A DNA stretch of 64,000 nt. Source: Nitrospirota bacterium. GTDB taxonomy: Bacteria > JACPQY01. The stretch covers positions 1-64,000 of the forward strand of contig JACPAV010000016.1 in assembly GCA_016180645.1 (NCBI GenBank). Reading direction: 5' to 3'. Position numbers and translations under genes: made by a program. The notes beneath the pieces are model-generated. The model made no database searches. It was given only the letters and a program-made list of their open reading frames with translations, and was not told where the DNA came from. Of this stretch, positions 27,954 through 37,291 are shown one piece after another. Numbering within the stretch: position 1 is the first letter of the stretch; each line of letters begins with the position of its first letter.

Positions 27954-28974
27954 TGGTCTTCTTCTCCTCTTCGAGTAGCTTGGATACCTTGACTGCCAGG
28001 TTGCCCCGGAAAACGCCCGGTACGCCCCTCATTTTCGGAACCCCGCCCACCAAGATGGTCAGCTCTTCGTTGTGCAGTCGGTCCAGCTCAACGATGTCTC
28101 CCACCTTGAGGCTGAGAAGTTCCCGGGCCGTCGTGTGCGCGTGGCCCAGCTCCACGCGAACGTCCACCGCCACGTGTTGCATTTCCTTCTGCATGGCCGG
28201 CTTCCACCTGTCGTCCGATCCCTCCTCCTCGGCCATTTGGATTTTCAACCGGTCGCGGATGGGATCGAATAACGATTGCGGGAAACAGAAAAACATCTTG
28301 CCGGAATGCTGGTCCAAATCCATGACGTTTTGGATGACGAAAACCGGCTCATTGTCGTGGCAAATCTTGGCAAACTGTGGATTCATCTCACTGCGCTGAT
28401 AATGCGCCTTCACTTTCGATACATCGCTGAAGCTCCGTTCGAGATCCTCCAGGAGCATGAAAACCACGCGCTGGATGATCCGGCTCTCGATCGTTGTGAA
28501 TTCCCGGCCCTCGATCTTCATCGAGGGTTTTCCAGAGCCGCCGAAAAAGATATCCACCAGGGCGAAGACGAGATTGGTTTCCAGGACGACAAGACCGTTA
28601 CCCTTGAGCGGATCGAGCCGAAAGACATGGATGCTGGAGGGAAGCGGCAACTTGGACATGAATTCGCCGAAATTGCCCACCTTGAGGGAACTGACGTTGA
28701 TGTCCGCCACCGCCCTGAGCGAATTCGAGAGGGTGGTGCGAAAGGCCCGTGAAAACCGTTCCATGGCACGCTCCATGCCGGGGAACTTCCCCACCACGGA
28801 ACGCTCATGATGCGTGAAATCGTAATTCTGGGCGTCCGGCCCCGCCGCCGCCGCCGGTCGCCCCGCCTTGGGCTTGGTCTCCTTCTTCGTCTCCAACATG
28901 TCGCCGATCTCACCGGACGAAATTCCCTTGAGGAGGGAATCGATCTCGTCCTGGGTGAGCAGCTTATCGGTCAT
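27943..28974 (-). CDS. fliM: Flagellar motor switch protein FliM
   Basis: LLTQDEIDSLL, YDF, FFGGSG, EGREFTTIE, RSEMNPQF. Confidence 0.96.
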   Translation of the reverse strand: MTDKLLTQDEIDSLLKGISSGEIGDMLETKKETKPKAGRPAAAAGPDAQNYDFTHHERSVVGKFPGMERAMERFSRAFRTTLSNSLRAVADINVSSLKVGNFGEFMSKLPLPSSIHVFRLDPLKGNGLVVLETNLVFALVDIFFGGSGKPSMKIEGREFTTIESRIIQRVVFMLLEDLERSFSDVSKVKAHYQRSEMNPQFAKICHDNEPVFVIQNVMDLDQHSGKMFFCFPQSLFDPIRDRLKIQMAEEEGSDDRWKPAMQKEMQHVAVDVRVELGHAHTTARELLSLKVGDIVELDRLHNEELTILVGGVPKMRGVPGVFRGNLAVKVSKLLEEEKKTNGG

Positions 28975-28982
28975 GTCCTCTC

Positions 28983-29483
28983 CTACTGGATGGCCAGTTC
29001 CGGCACGTATACATGCCGCACGGTTTTCTCTCCGGTGAGCACCGAATTGATCTGGTGCAGGATCTCCTCCGCAAACAGGCTCATCCCCGTGGGCGTGTTG
29101 AGCTCCGCGGCCTTCTTGCTGCGGAGCGTGAGCTGAATGATCTGCTTGATCTGGGGCAGGCGTTTCTCGAGTTCCGGCTGCAACAGGCCATCGCTCATTT
29201 CAAGTTCGAGCGTCAGCTTCACGAAGCGATCACCGGATTCGTCGCCCAGGTTCGCGATGATGTTCTCCAGCTTGAAAGTCGGCCCGATCTCCTGGATGAC
29301 ATCTTCGGGGTTCGCCTTCTGGCTGAGCATTTTCTTGTAGGCGAAAAATCCGCCACCCACCACCACCGCAAGCCCCACCACCGCCGAAACGGCGATGATG
29401 ACGATCTTGCGGATTTTCGCGCCGACGCCCGGCCCTGCCGCCGCCGCCGCTTCTGCTTCCGCCTGGGGTTCCTCATCCGCCAT
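28983..29483 (-). CDS. fliL: Flagellar basal-body protein FliL
   Basis: N-terminal TM, IIANLGD..RFVKLTLELE; directly upstream of fliM. Confidence 0.9.
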   Translation of the reverse strand: MADEEPQAEAEAAAAAGPGVGAKIRKIVIIAVSAVVGLAVVVGGGFFAYKKMLSQKANPEDVIQEIGPTFKLENIIANLGDESGDRFVKLTLELEMSDGLLQPELEKRLPQIKQIIQLTLRSKKAAELNTPTGMSLFAEEILHQINSVLTGEKTVRHVYVPELAIQ

Positions 29484-29503
29484 TCGTCATACCTACCTTT
29501 CCA

Positions 29504-30232
29504 CTACCGAGGAGCCTGCGGCTCCCTCAGAAGAATTTCCACCCGCCGGTTCATCCGGCGATTCTCATCCGAAACATTCGGAACGCGAGGCCGCGATTCG
29601 CCGTAACCGACGGCGCCCATCCGGCTCGGATCGATCCCCGAAAACTTTTCCAAAATGCCCGCGACGCGGGTCGCCCGCCGGGCCGAGAGATCCCAATTGT
29701 CCCGGATCGAATCGGTGTGAATGGGGCGGTCGTCCGTATGAGCCTCGACAAAAACCTCGTAGGGGGAGTCCTTGATGATGTCTCCGAGCCTGCCCAGGAA
29801 GGCCAATCCTTCGCCTCCCGGATTCATCCCGGCGGCATCGAACAGAATCTCGCTTTTCAAGCGCAACAGGATGCCCCCGGGGCCCGATTCCACATCCACA
29901 AATTCCCCCAGGTCCGTTTTCTTCACCGCCTCATCGATCTTCCTCTGATATTCATGCGCACGGAACGCCGGAAAGTCAAACGCGCCCGTCTTGGTGATCC
30001 CATCAACCTTGGCAGGGGCCGGCTCCACGGACCACGTGCCGATCTGAATGCCGAACGCCCGTTCGAGTGAAATCATCGCCTTGCTCGTCCTCTCCCGATC
30101 GATCGTCGAGAGCGAGAGAAGGAGCACGAAAAACGTGAGGAGGAGGCTGTTGAGATCGCCGAAGGTGAGCAGCCAGCCCGGAGTCTCCATGTTCTTCCTC
30201 TTGGGCAATGGCTTGGGTTCGCGTTTGGCCAT
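29504..30232 (-). CDS. motB: Flagellar stator protein MotB/PomB paralogue 2
   Basis: WLLTFGDLNSLLLTFFVLL, HTD, NWDLSARRA, NRRVEI. Confidence 0.92.
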   Translation of the reverse strand: MAKREPKPLPKRKNMETPGWLLTFGDLNSLLLTFFVLLLSLSTIDRERTSKAMISLERAFGIQIGTWSVEPAPAKVDGITKTGAFDFPAFRAHEYQRKIDEAVKKTDLGEFVDVESGPGGILLRLKSEILFDAAGMNPGGEGLAFLGRLGDIIKDSPYEVFVEAHTDDRPIHTDSIRDNWDLSARRATRVAGILEKFSGIDPSRMGAVGYGESRPRVPNVSDENRRMNRRVEILLREPQAPR

Positions 30233-30233
30233 G

Positions 30234-31019
30234 TCAGTTCTTGGATGTGGGCAGCGGCAGGCTCGATCCCGGCGCCCAGCGTTGTTCCGGTGGGAGGATC
30301 ACGGGCTGCGGTTCGATGAAATTGAGCTCCACCCGGCGGTTCTTGGCGCGATTCTCCGCCGTATCGTTCGGAGCGACAGGACGGTGAGACCCGTATCCGA
30401 CAGCCGACAAACGGCTCATGTCGATTTCGCCCAATTTCTGAACCGCGGTCAGGACCGTCACGGCTCGCAAGGCCGACAATTCCCAGTTGGAGCCGACCGT
30501 ATCCGATCTGAAGGGAACGTTGTCCGAATGGCCCTCGACGCGGAGGAACACGTTGGAATCGCGCAGAAGGGGCGCCAGTTCCGACAGGAAGGCGATTCCG
30601 GAAGGCTGAAGATCCACCGAGCCGCCGGGGAAGAGCAGATTTTCCGCAAGACGCAGCTTGAACCCCTCGGGGGTCTTCTCGAATTGGGCGTAAGGCCCGA
30701 AGGCCTTGGTGTGAACGCGATCCTCCACCTTGCGCTGGAACTCCTGCCTCTTGTGGACCGGCATGTCCACCACACCCGAGGCCTTGTGAAGGGGCATCCG
30801 GCTCTTCGTCATGTCCGCCGATTTCGAGCGGGACGGCCCGAAGGCGTTGTTCATGGAGCTGATGACGTCTTTCATCTTAGGCTGGTTGGGAACGGAGAGC
30901 GAAATCAGGAGCACGAAGAACGTGAGGAGAAGGCTGTTGAGATCGCCGAAGGTAAGAAGCCAGCCGGGCGTCTCGATGGCGCCCCGCTTCTCGAGCTCCT
31001 TGTGCTTGGCCCGGGCCAC
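30234..31019 (-). CDS. motB: Flagellar stator protein MotB/PomB paralogue 1
   Basis: WLLTFGDLNSLLLTFFVLL, VEGHSDN, SNWELSALRA, NRAKNRRVEL. Confidence 0.92.
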   Translation of the reverse strand: MARAKHKELEKRGAIETPGWLLTFGDLNSLLLTFFVLLISLSVPNQPKMKDVISSMNNAFGPSRSKSADMTKSRMPLHKASGVVDMPVHKRQEFQRKVEDRVHTKAFGPYAQFEKTPEGFKLRLAENLLFPGGSVDLQPSGIAFLSELAPLLRDSNVFLRVEGHSDNVPFRSDTVGSNWELSALRAVTVLTAVQKLGEIDMSRLSAVGYGSHRPVAPNDTAENRAKNRRVELNFIEPQPVILPPEQRWAPGSSLPLPTSKN

Positions 31020-31070
31020 TCAGGCCCCCCGCGTCGGTCTCGATGATGCGCTCTCCTTTGCGGACATCGC

Positions 31071-31841
31071 TCACTTCCCTGCAAACGATGATTTTCGTTC
31101 CTTCGGGGGAAGGAACGTCAACAGTTTTTGCTCCACCACGCGCGGGTTGTCGCCCGAGCTGATCGACAGGATGCCCTGAACGATAAGGCGTTTCGTCATG
31201 ACTTCCCCATCCGACCGGTTCGCCAGTTTTCCCGCAACGGGGAGGCAGATCAGATTGGCCACGATCGCTCCATAGAAGGTGGTGATGAGCGCGGTCGCCA
31301 TGCCGGGACCGATCGCCGAGGGATCGTTCAGGCTTTTGAGCATCTGCACAAGACCGATCAGGGTTCCGATCATACCGAACGCCGGCGCGTAGTAGCCGAT
31401 CTTGTTGAATATGTCGACGCCGGACTGGTGGCGCATGTGCATGTGTTCAATGTCCGACTCCAGAATGTCCGCAATGGCCTCCAGATCGTATCCATCCACC
31501 GCCAGCTGAACGCCCGTGGCCAGAAACTTGTCGTTCGTCTGTTCCACCACCGCCTCCAATGCGAGGATGCCTTCTCGTTTGGCTTTCTGGGCCATATCCA
31601 CAAACTGCGGAATCAGCACGGCGGACGACGCCGGCTGGCTCCGAATCGTGTTCACGGCAACTTTCATGATCCCCACCACCTCGCCGACGGTAAAATTGAT
31701 CAGGGTGGATCCGGTTGCGCCGCCGAGTGTGATGAACACGCTCGGCAAATCATAGAAAGTCGAGAGAGGACTCCCGAGCAAGATTCCGAAGAGAATCATC
31801 CCAGCGCCCGCGGCGGCGCCCAATAAGGTTGCTATGTCCAT
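31071..31841 (-). CDS. motA: Flagellar stator protein MotA/PomA
   Basis: AKREGILALE, APAFGMIGTLIGLVQML, ALITTFYG. Confidence 0.95.
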   Translation of the reverse strand: MDIATLLGAAAGAGMILFGILLGSPLSTFYDLPSVFITLGGATGSTLINFTVGEVVGIMKVAVNTIRSQPASSAVLIPQFVDMAQKAKREGILALEAVVEQTNDKFLATGVQLAVDGYDLEAIADILESDIEHMHMRHQSGVDIFNKIGYYAPAFGMIGTLIGLVQMLKSLNDPSAIGPGMATALITTFYGAIVANLICLPVAGKLANRSDGEVMTKRLIVQGILSISSGDNPRVVEQKLLTFLPPKERKSSFAGK

Positions 31842-31876
31842 CCTTAGACTACTCCTCTGCTAAGCACCGAGTGACA

Positions 31877-31905
31877 AGATTACCGCACTGAAGATATGTT
31901 GTCAA
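31877..31905 (-). promoter_or_regulatory. sigma70-type promoter of the mot/fli operon, below an AT-rich upstream region
   Basis: TTGACA-17 nt-TAATCT on the minus strand; GAGGAG SD before motA. Confidence 0.65.
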
Positions 31906-32043
31906 ACAAAATAGTTACAAAATTTTTCAAAGTAATTCAGTTACATTCATTATATAGTGCAAATTTGACAAACATTTTCACTTTAATACTACTTCGGCGC
32001 GGAAATGTGAAGTCAATTGTGAGTTTCAGTCGGCAAGCATTCA

Positions 32044-32201
32044 ATTCAGCTCTCAGCGGTCAGCCTTCAGACACAGACGCGTAACGCAAGATGCAGGCAG
32101 GATCGATCGGCGCCACGCGAGCGTCTTTCATTACGGCCCACGCCACGCGTCTTGCGTCGCTTTTTGATCCGAGGCTGACGGCTGATAGCTGACCGCTGAA
32201 C
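32044..32201. repeat. Inverted pair of 4x heptamer arrays (NNTCAGC / GCTGANN) forming a long imperfect hairpin
   Basis: attcagc-tctcagc-ggtcagc-cttcaga ... gctgacg-gctgata-gctgacc-gctgaac. Confidence 0.7.
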
Positions 32202-32209
32202 GCTTTCAT

Positions 32210-32237
32210 TTGACTTTTCCCCTTTCGCCACTACAAT
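32210..32237 (+). promoter_or_regulatory. sigma70 promoter of rpsU-dnaG-rpoD
   Basis: TTGACT-16 nt-TACAAT. Confidence 0.7.
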
Positions 32238-32254
32238 GCGACCTCCACATCACA

Positions 32255-32446
32255 ATGCCGGGTATCAAGGTTCAACAAGGCGAGCCGCTCGAAGTCGCGC
32301 TGAAACGATTCAAGCGCCAGATCGAGCGCGCCGAGGTCTTGTCTGAAATCAAGCGGAGGGAGCATTACGACAAGCCCAGCGTCCGTCGAAAAAAGAAGAG
32401 CATCGCCGCACGCAAGAAGAGACATCGTCGGCGTCACCGCTCCTGA
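32255..32446 (+). CDS. rpsU: 30S ribosomal protein S21
   Basis: [48 protein letters not shown]. Confidence 0.96.
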   Translation: MPGIKVQQGEPLEVALKRFKRQIERAEVLSEIKRREHYDKPSVRRKKKSIAARKKRHRRRHRS

Positions 32447-32515
32447 GCGCCCGCCCACCCTGCGTCCCGGCCCGACGAGGAGAAGGGTTCCTGTTCAAGG
32501 CCGGCTTTAGACCCC

Positions 32516-34495
32516 TTGGACCAGCAGCGAATTCTCGACCAGATTCTCAACCGACTCTCGCTTCCCGACCTCGTCCAGAAATACACGCCCCTCAAGCTCT
32601 CCGGTAGACAGCATTCGGGGCTCTGCCCCTTCCACTCGGAGAAGACACCCTCGTTCAGCGTCAGCGCCGAAAAAGGGCTTTACCACTGCTTCGGCTGCGG
32701 TGCCGGCGGTAATTTGTTCACCTTTTACATGCAGATGGAGCGGGTCACATTCCCCGAGGCCGTCAAAGAGCTCGCGAGGCGGGCGGGCGTGGAGATTCCA
32801 TCCTCTCCCCAGGACGCCCGACGCGAAAGTCGGCGGGACGCGATGCGTCGGGCTCTGGGCGAGGCCCTGGCGTTCTTTCGGGAGAAGCTGTCCGACTCGC
32901 GGGAGGGATCGGCCACCCTCTCCTACCTGCGCGACCGCGGCCTGACGGAGGAAACCATCAACCGCTTCGAGGTCGGCTGGGCGCCGGCGGAGTGGGAATC
33001 GCTGGCCCAACATCTGCGGCGGAAGAAAATCGATCTCACACTGGCCGAAGCCTGCGGCCTCGTGCGAAAAAAAGCCTCCGGCCATTACGATTATTTCCGG
33101 GCTCGGATCATCTTCCCCATCCGGGATGCGCAAGGGCGACTCTCCGGCTTCGGCGGCCGGGTCCTTCCCGAAGCTCACGCCTCTCGCCCCTCGACCCCCA
33201 CGACGGGGGAAGTGCCGCGGGAGGGCACCCTGAAGGAATCGATGGAATCGGGCAGGGTACTTCGCAGCCTCCCGGAGCGGCCGCCTCCCACCTCCCGGGC
33301 GGAGCCCAAGTATCTCAACTCGCCGGACAGCGAGGTGTTCCGCAAGGGCGAAATCCTCTTTGGCCTCCAGGCGGGGCGGGATTCGATCCTCAAGCAGGGT
33401 GAAGTCACCCTCGTAGAAGGGTACATGGACGCCATCAGCCTCCATCAAGCCGGTCTATCGAACACGGTGGCTCCACTCGGCACGGCGCTCACAACGATCC
33501 ACATCCGGCTCCTCAAGCGTTTCTCACCCGCCTTTCGCATCCTCTTCGACCCCGACGAGGCCGGCGTCAAGGCGGCCCTCCGCTCACTCCCCCTGCTGTT
33601 GGCGGAAGGCATCCTCGCACGAGCCGTGCGACTGCCCGCGGGTCTGGACCCGGACGCCTTCGTTCGGGAGCGTGGCGCGGATGCCCTCCGAGCCCTATTC
33701 GCCTCGGATCAGGATCTCTTCGAAATGGCCATCGACGTGGTCCTCAAGGCCACTCCCCCAACCACGCCCCAGGGCAAGAAAGCGGCCGCGGACCGCCTCC
33801 TCGCCCTTCTTCGACCGGTAACAGATTCCATCATTCTCGACACTTATGTGCGGATGATCTCCCCCCGACTTGGGATTCGCGAGGATGCGCTTTGGCGTTC
33901 TCTCCCCCCGGCGGTTCAAGCGGGCACGGATCCTCGGCCCTCCCCCGTTCCACCCCGATCCATGCCGGGCGCCGGCCGTCTCGCCTCCCTTCGCGAAAAG
34001 CAGCGCGACCTCATGGAAAAGACCGCCCTCCAAGCCGCACTCGACGATCCCCGCCTCTGGTCCGTTCTCTTTCACGCCGGCCTTTTTTTCAAGGATCCGT
34101 GGCGCGCCAAGCTGATCGACACCGCCCATCGCCGGTTCGAAGGTCGGTCCCCGAGCCCCGAGGCGTTCGCAACGCTCTTCACCGAGAAGGACGATTGCGA
34201 GAATTTCAGCCGGCTCGCCTTGGAGCGACCTTCAGCGGTCACGGCATCGCCGGACGAGCGCCTGCACAACGCCCTCAACGGACTCTTTGACCTTGCCAAA
34301 AAGGAGAAATTGGTTTATGTAAGGAACCTTATTCAGAAAGCCGGCAAGCACAACGACGATGCAGAAATGAAGCGGCTATTGCTCGCGAAGAAGCGCGTCG
34401 AAAATTCGCAGCTCGAATGGCCGCTGGATCGAACGCCGGATCTTTTCGCGGAAAAGGAACCCGAGCCGTTGGACGGCCTTTCCGGGCGAGCATGA
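32516..34495 (+). CDS. dnaG: DNA primase, carrying a 30-codon repeat insertion
   Basis: [31 protein letters not shown]...PKYLNSP, VEGYMD, FDPDEAG, DPD. Confidence 0.97.
   Translation: MDQQRILDQILNRLSLPDLVQKYTPLKLSGRQHSGLCPFHSEKTPSFSVSAEKGLYHCFGCGAGGNLFTFYMQMERVTFPEAVKELARRAGVEIPSSPQDARRESRRDAMRRALGEALAFFREKLSDSREGSATLSYLRDRGLTEETINRFEVGWAPAEWESLAQHLRRKKIDLTLAEACGLVRKKASGHYDYFRARIIFPIRDAQGRLSGFGGRVLPEAHASRPSTPTTGEVPREGTLKESMESGRVLRSLPERPPPTSRAEPKYLNSPDSEVFRKGEILFGLQAGRDSILKQGEVTLVEGYMDAISLHQAGLSNTVAPLGTALTTIHIRLLKRFSPAFRILFDPDEAGVKAALRSLPLLLAEGILARAVRLPAGLDPDAFVRERGADALRALFASDQDLFEMAIDVVLKATPPTTPQGKKAAADRLLALLRPVTDSIILDTYVRMISPRLGIREDALWRSLPPAVQAGTDPRPSPVPPRSMPGAGRLASLREKQRDLMEKTALQAALDDPRLWSVLFHAGLFFKDPWRAKLIDTAHRRFEGRSPSPEAFATLFTEKDDCENFSRLALERPSAVTASPDERLHNALNGLFDLAKKEKLVYVRNLIQKAGKHNDDAEMKRLLLAKKRVENSQLEWPLDRTPDLFAEKEPEPLDGLSGRA
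33192..33281 (+). repeat. 90-nt structured repeat, copy 1 (in frame within dnaG)
   Basis: 84/90 identical to the reverse complement of 44220-44309. Confidence 0.92.
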
Positions 34496-36294
34496 CCATG
34501 GCAAAGAAAAAGAAAAAGGAAACACCGGCCAAGCCGAACGAGCAGAAGAACAAGAACGCCATGAAGGCGGTGATCCAGCGCGCCCGCGAAAAGGGCGGCT
34601 ACATCACCGTGGACGAACTCATGGACTTCCTACCCATCGAAGATTTCACCACCGACCAATTGGACGACATCATCAGCGAACTCAGCGACAAAGGGCTCGA
34701 ATTGGTGGATCCCCTGTCCCACCCGGCCGCTCCCAAGCCGCCCGTCGAAGGCGCTCCCGAAGGCCCCACCACCGCCCAACCGGCGGAAGACTACGACGAC
34801 CTCGTTCGGAACGATCCCGTCCGCATGTACCTCAAAGAAATGGGCGCCATCCCGCTCCTGACGCGCGAAGGGGAAATCGAAATCGCAAAAAAGATCGAAC
34901 GGGGCGAGGATGAGGTCCTCCGAGCCGTCATCGAATGCCCCATCACCTGCGAGGAATTCATCCGCATCGGACGGAAGCTCAAGGAGGGGAAGCTCAAGCT
35001 CCGGGATGTGATCAAGGACATCGACGACGAGGATCAGGAGATCGACGAGAAGGTGTACATGAAGCGGATCCTCCGGTGCACCGGAAAGATCGAGAACATT
35101 TACAAGACCAACAAGAAGGGGTACGACCGGCTGAGGAGACGCGGGCTCTCGGAGCGCACCCGCTCGAGACTGAAGTCCAAGGTCGACGCCAACAATGACA
35201 AGATCGTCCACCTGCTCAAGGAGATCCATCTGAACTGGAAGCAGGTGGGCCGGATCACCCAACAGCTCAAGGATCTCGTCGGACGGATCGACAAGGGCAA
35301 GGAAGAGCTCCAAGTCATGGAGAAAACCAAGAACATCCCCATCGACCAACTGGCCAAACAGCTCCGAAAAATCCGGCGGCTGCCCAAGAAAAGCCAGTTG
35401 GACAAACTGGGGGACCTTGGGCTTTACAGCATGGACGCGCTGATCGAATTGGAGAACCAGATCCATCGGGCACGCCGGCGGATCAAGCGCGTGGAAGCCG
35501 AGACGGAACTTTCGGCCGGACAGCTCGAACAAACCATCAACCGGATTGCGGATGGGGAGCACCGGGCGCGCACGGCCAAGAAGGATCTCATCCAGGCCAA
35601 CCTTCGCCTCGTGGTCAGCATCGCCAAGAAATACACCAACCGCGGACTTTCCTTCCTGGACCTCATCCAGGAAGGCAACATCGGCTTGATGAAAGCGGTG
35701 GAGAAGTTCGACTACCGGAAGGGATACAAGTTCAGCACCTATGCCACGTGGTGGATCCGGCAATCGATCACCCGCGCCATCGCCGATCAGGCCCGCACCA
35801 TCCGCATTCCCGTGCACATGATCGAGACCCTGAACAAGCTCATTCGGGTCTCCCGCCAGCTCGTTCAGGAAAAGGGTCGCGAACCGACACCGGACGAGAT
35901 CGCGGAGAAGATGGACATGCCGGAAGACAAGGTGCGGAAGATCCTGAAGATCGCCAAGGAACCCGTCTCGCTTGAAACCCCGATCGGCGACGAGGAGGAT
36001 ACGCACCTCGGAGATTTCATCGAGGACCCCAAGATTCTCAGCCCGGAGCAGGCCTCGGAAAAGCGGGACATGCACGATCAGATTCAGCGGGCGCTCGGGC
36101 AGCTCACCCCGCGCGAGGAGCGTGTGCTCCGTCTGCGCTTCGGCCTGGGGGTGGACTCGGACCACACGCTCGAAGAAGTGGGGCGGGACTTCCAGGTGAC
36201 CCGCGAGCGCATCCGCCAGATCGAAGCGAAGGCCCTCCGCAAACTTCGCCATCCCACCCGGAGCCGAAAATTGAAAACCTTCAGCCAGGAATGA
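34492..36294 (+). CDS. rpoD: RNA polymerase primary sigma factor sigma70
   Basis: [73 protein letters not shown] overlap with dnaG. Confidence 0.98.
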   Translation: MTMAKKKKKETPAKPNEQKNKNAMKAVIQRAREKGGYITVDELMDFLPIEDFTTDQLDDIISELSDKGLELVDPLSHPAAPKPPVEGAPEGPTTAQPAEDYDDLVRNDPVRMYLKEMGAIPLLTREGEIEIAKKIERGEDEVLRAVIECPITCEEFIRIGRKLKEGKLKLRDVIKDIDDEDQEIDEKVYMKRILRCTGKIENIYKTNKKGYDRLRRRGLSERTRSRLKSKVDANNDKIVHLLKEIHLNWKQVGRITQQLKDLVGRIDKGKEELQVMEKTKNIPIDQLAKQLRKIRRLPKKSQLDKLGDLGLYSMDALIELENQIHRARRRIKRVEAETELSAGQLEQTINRIADGEHRARTAKKDLIQANLRLVVSIAKKYTNRGLSFLDLIQEGNIGLMKAVEKFDYRKGYKFSTYATWWIRQSITRAIADQARTIRIPVHMIETLNKLIRVSRQLVQEKGREPTPDEIAEKMDMPEDKVRKILKIAKEPVSLETPIGDEEDTHLGDFIEDPKILSPEQASEKRDMHDQIQRALGQLTPREERVLRLRFGLGVDSDHTLEEVGRDFQVTRERIRQIEAKALRKLRHPTRSRKLKTFSQE

Positions 36295-36308
36295 GCGCGA
36301 ATCCAGAG

Positions 36309-36380
36309 GGTCCCGTAGCTCAACGGTTAAAGCGGCCGCCTTATAAGCGGCTGATCCTGGTTCGACTCCAGGCGGGACCA
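36309..36380 (+). tRNA. tRNA-Ile with anticodon UAU; CCA not encoded
   Basis: Acceptor GGTCCCG/CGGGACC+A73, anticodon arm GCCGC-CTTATAA-GCGGC, T arm CCTGG-TTCGACT-CCAGG. Confidence 0.93.
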
Positions 36381-36420
36381 CGTGACATGCGGTCCATCCT
36401 GGACCGCTTCCTTTCGTGGC

Positions 36421-36513
36421 CCCATGGCCTTCCTGGCATGGGACCAGCCATGGAGGGTGCGGTACTTGGCGCAATACGGCAGGCAGGAAGCCTGCCCTTC
36501 CAACGCCAAGTGC
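36421..36513. repeat. Intergenic palindromes with AGGAA-loop hairpins
   Basis: cccatg-gcc-TTCCT-ggc-atggg; gtacttggcg..GGCAGGC-AGGAA-GCCTGCC..cgccaagtgc. Confidence 0.55.
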
Positions 36514-36538
36514 CAGCCTTGGACACCACATCCCCCGC

Positions 36539-37291
36539 ATGAAGAACATCCGCGCCCAGATCGAAATCCTCCTTCAGCTTCAGGAAGTGGACGTCAGGAT
36601 CCAGCAAATGCGCGATGCAAAAGAACGGATCCCCCGCGAGCTCGATATCAACCGGAGCGAGCTGGAGCTCTGTTCCCAGACCACCGAAGACGCCAGGCAG
36701 GCTCTTGCGAAACACGAGGCGGAACAGAAAGCCATCGAGCACGAGATCCAGCTTGAGAAGGAACAGATTCAACGCTACGAAGAGCGCGTCAGCCAGATCA
36801 AGACGAACAAGGAATATCAGGCCATGCTGAAGGAGATCTCGGTCGCGAAAAAAATGAAAGAGGAAAGCGAGGATGAACTTCTGAAAACCATGATGCTCCT
36901 CGATGAAAGCCGTCGCCTGGTGACCCAAAGACAGGGCGAGTCGGCCGGAAAAGAAAAGGAGTTCAAAGAGAAGGAAGCGGAACTTCTGCGAAAGCTGGCC
37001 GAAGTGGACAAGGATATCAATGGCGTCGTGGACGGTCGGAACCGGCTGGCCGCCCAGGTCGATCGATCGCTCCTTCAGAAGTACGACATGATCCGGCAGA
37101 AACGGGAAGGCATCGCGGTCTCAAAAGCAGCCAACGAACTCTGCCTCGCCTGTCATCGGAACATCCCCCCCCAGCTCTACAACGAGATTCTGAAGGACGA
37201 CACGCTGATCGCGTGTCCCAACTGCCAGCGGATCCTGTATTACGAAGGGCCCTCTGAGGCGGCCCCATCCAAAGCGGCCTCACAGGCTTAA
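36539..37291 (+). CDS. Coiled-coil protein with a C-terminal C4 zinc ribbon (DUF164/HP0958-like)
   Basis: LLQLQEVD, KTNKEYQAMLKEI, CLACHRNIPPQ...CPNCQRILY. Confidence 0.92.
   Translation: MKNIRAQIEILLQLQEVDVRIQQMRDAKERIPRELDINRSELELCSQTTEDARQALAKHEAEQKAIEHEIQLEKEQIQRYEERVSQIKTNKEYQAMLKEISVAKKMKEESEDELLKTMMLLDESRRLVTQRQGESAGKEKEFKEKEAELLRKLAEVDKDINGVVDGRNRLAAQVDRSLLQKYDMIRQKREGIAVSKAANELCLACHRNIPPQLYNEILKDDTLIACPNCQRILYYEGPSEAAPSKAASQA

Noticed and set aside
33192-33281. Intein or group I/II intron in dnaG
   Set aside because: Only 30 codons, no intein terminal residues, too short for self-splicing intron cores, and the same DNA is read in another frame elsewhere.
34630-36549. Long antisense ORFs (639 aa here; also 58582-61494, 24075-25826, 41146-42732, 52473-54224)
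   Set aside because: Shadow ORFs opposite well-supported genes, expected from high-GC codon bias; no motifs.
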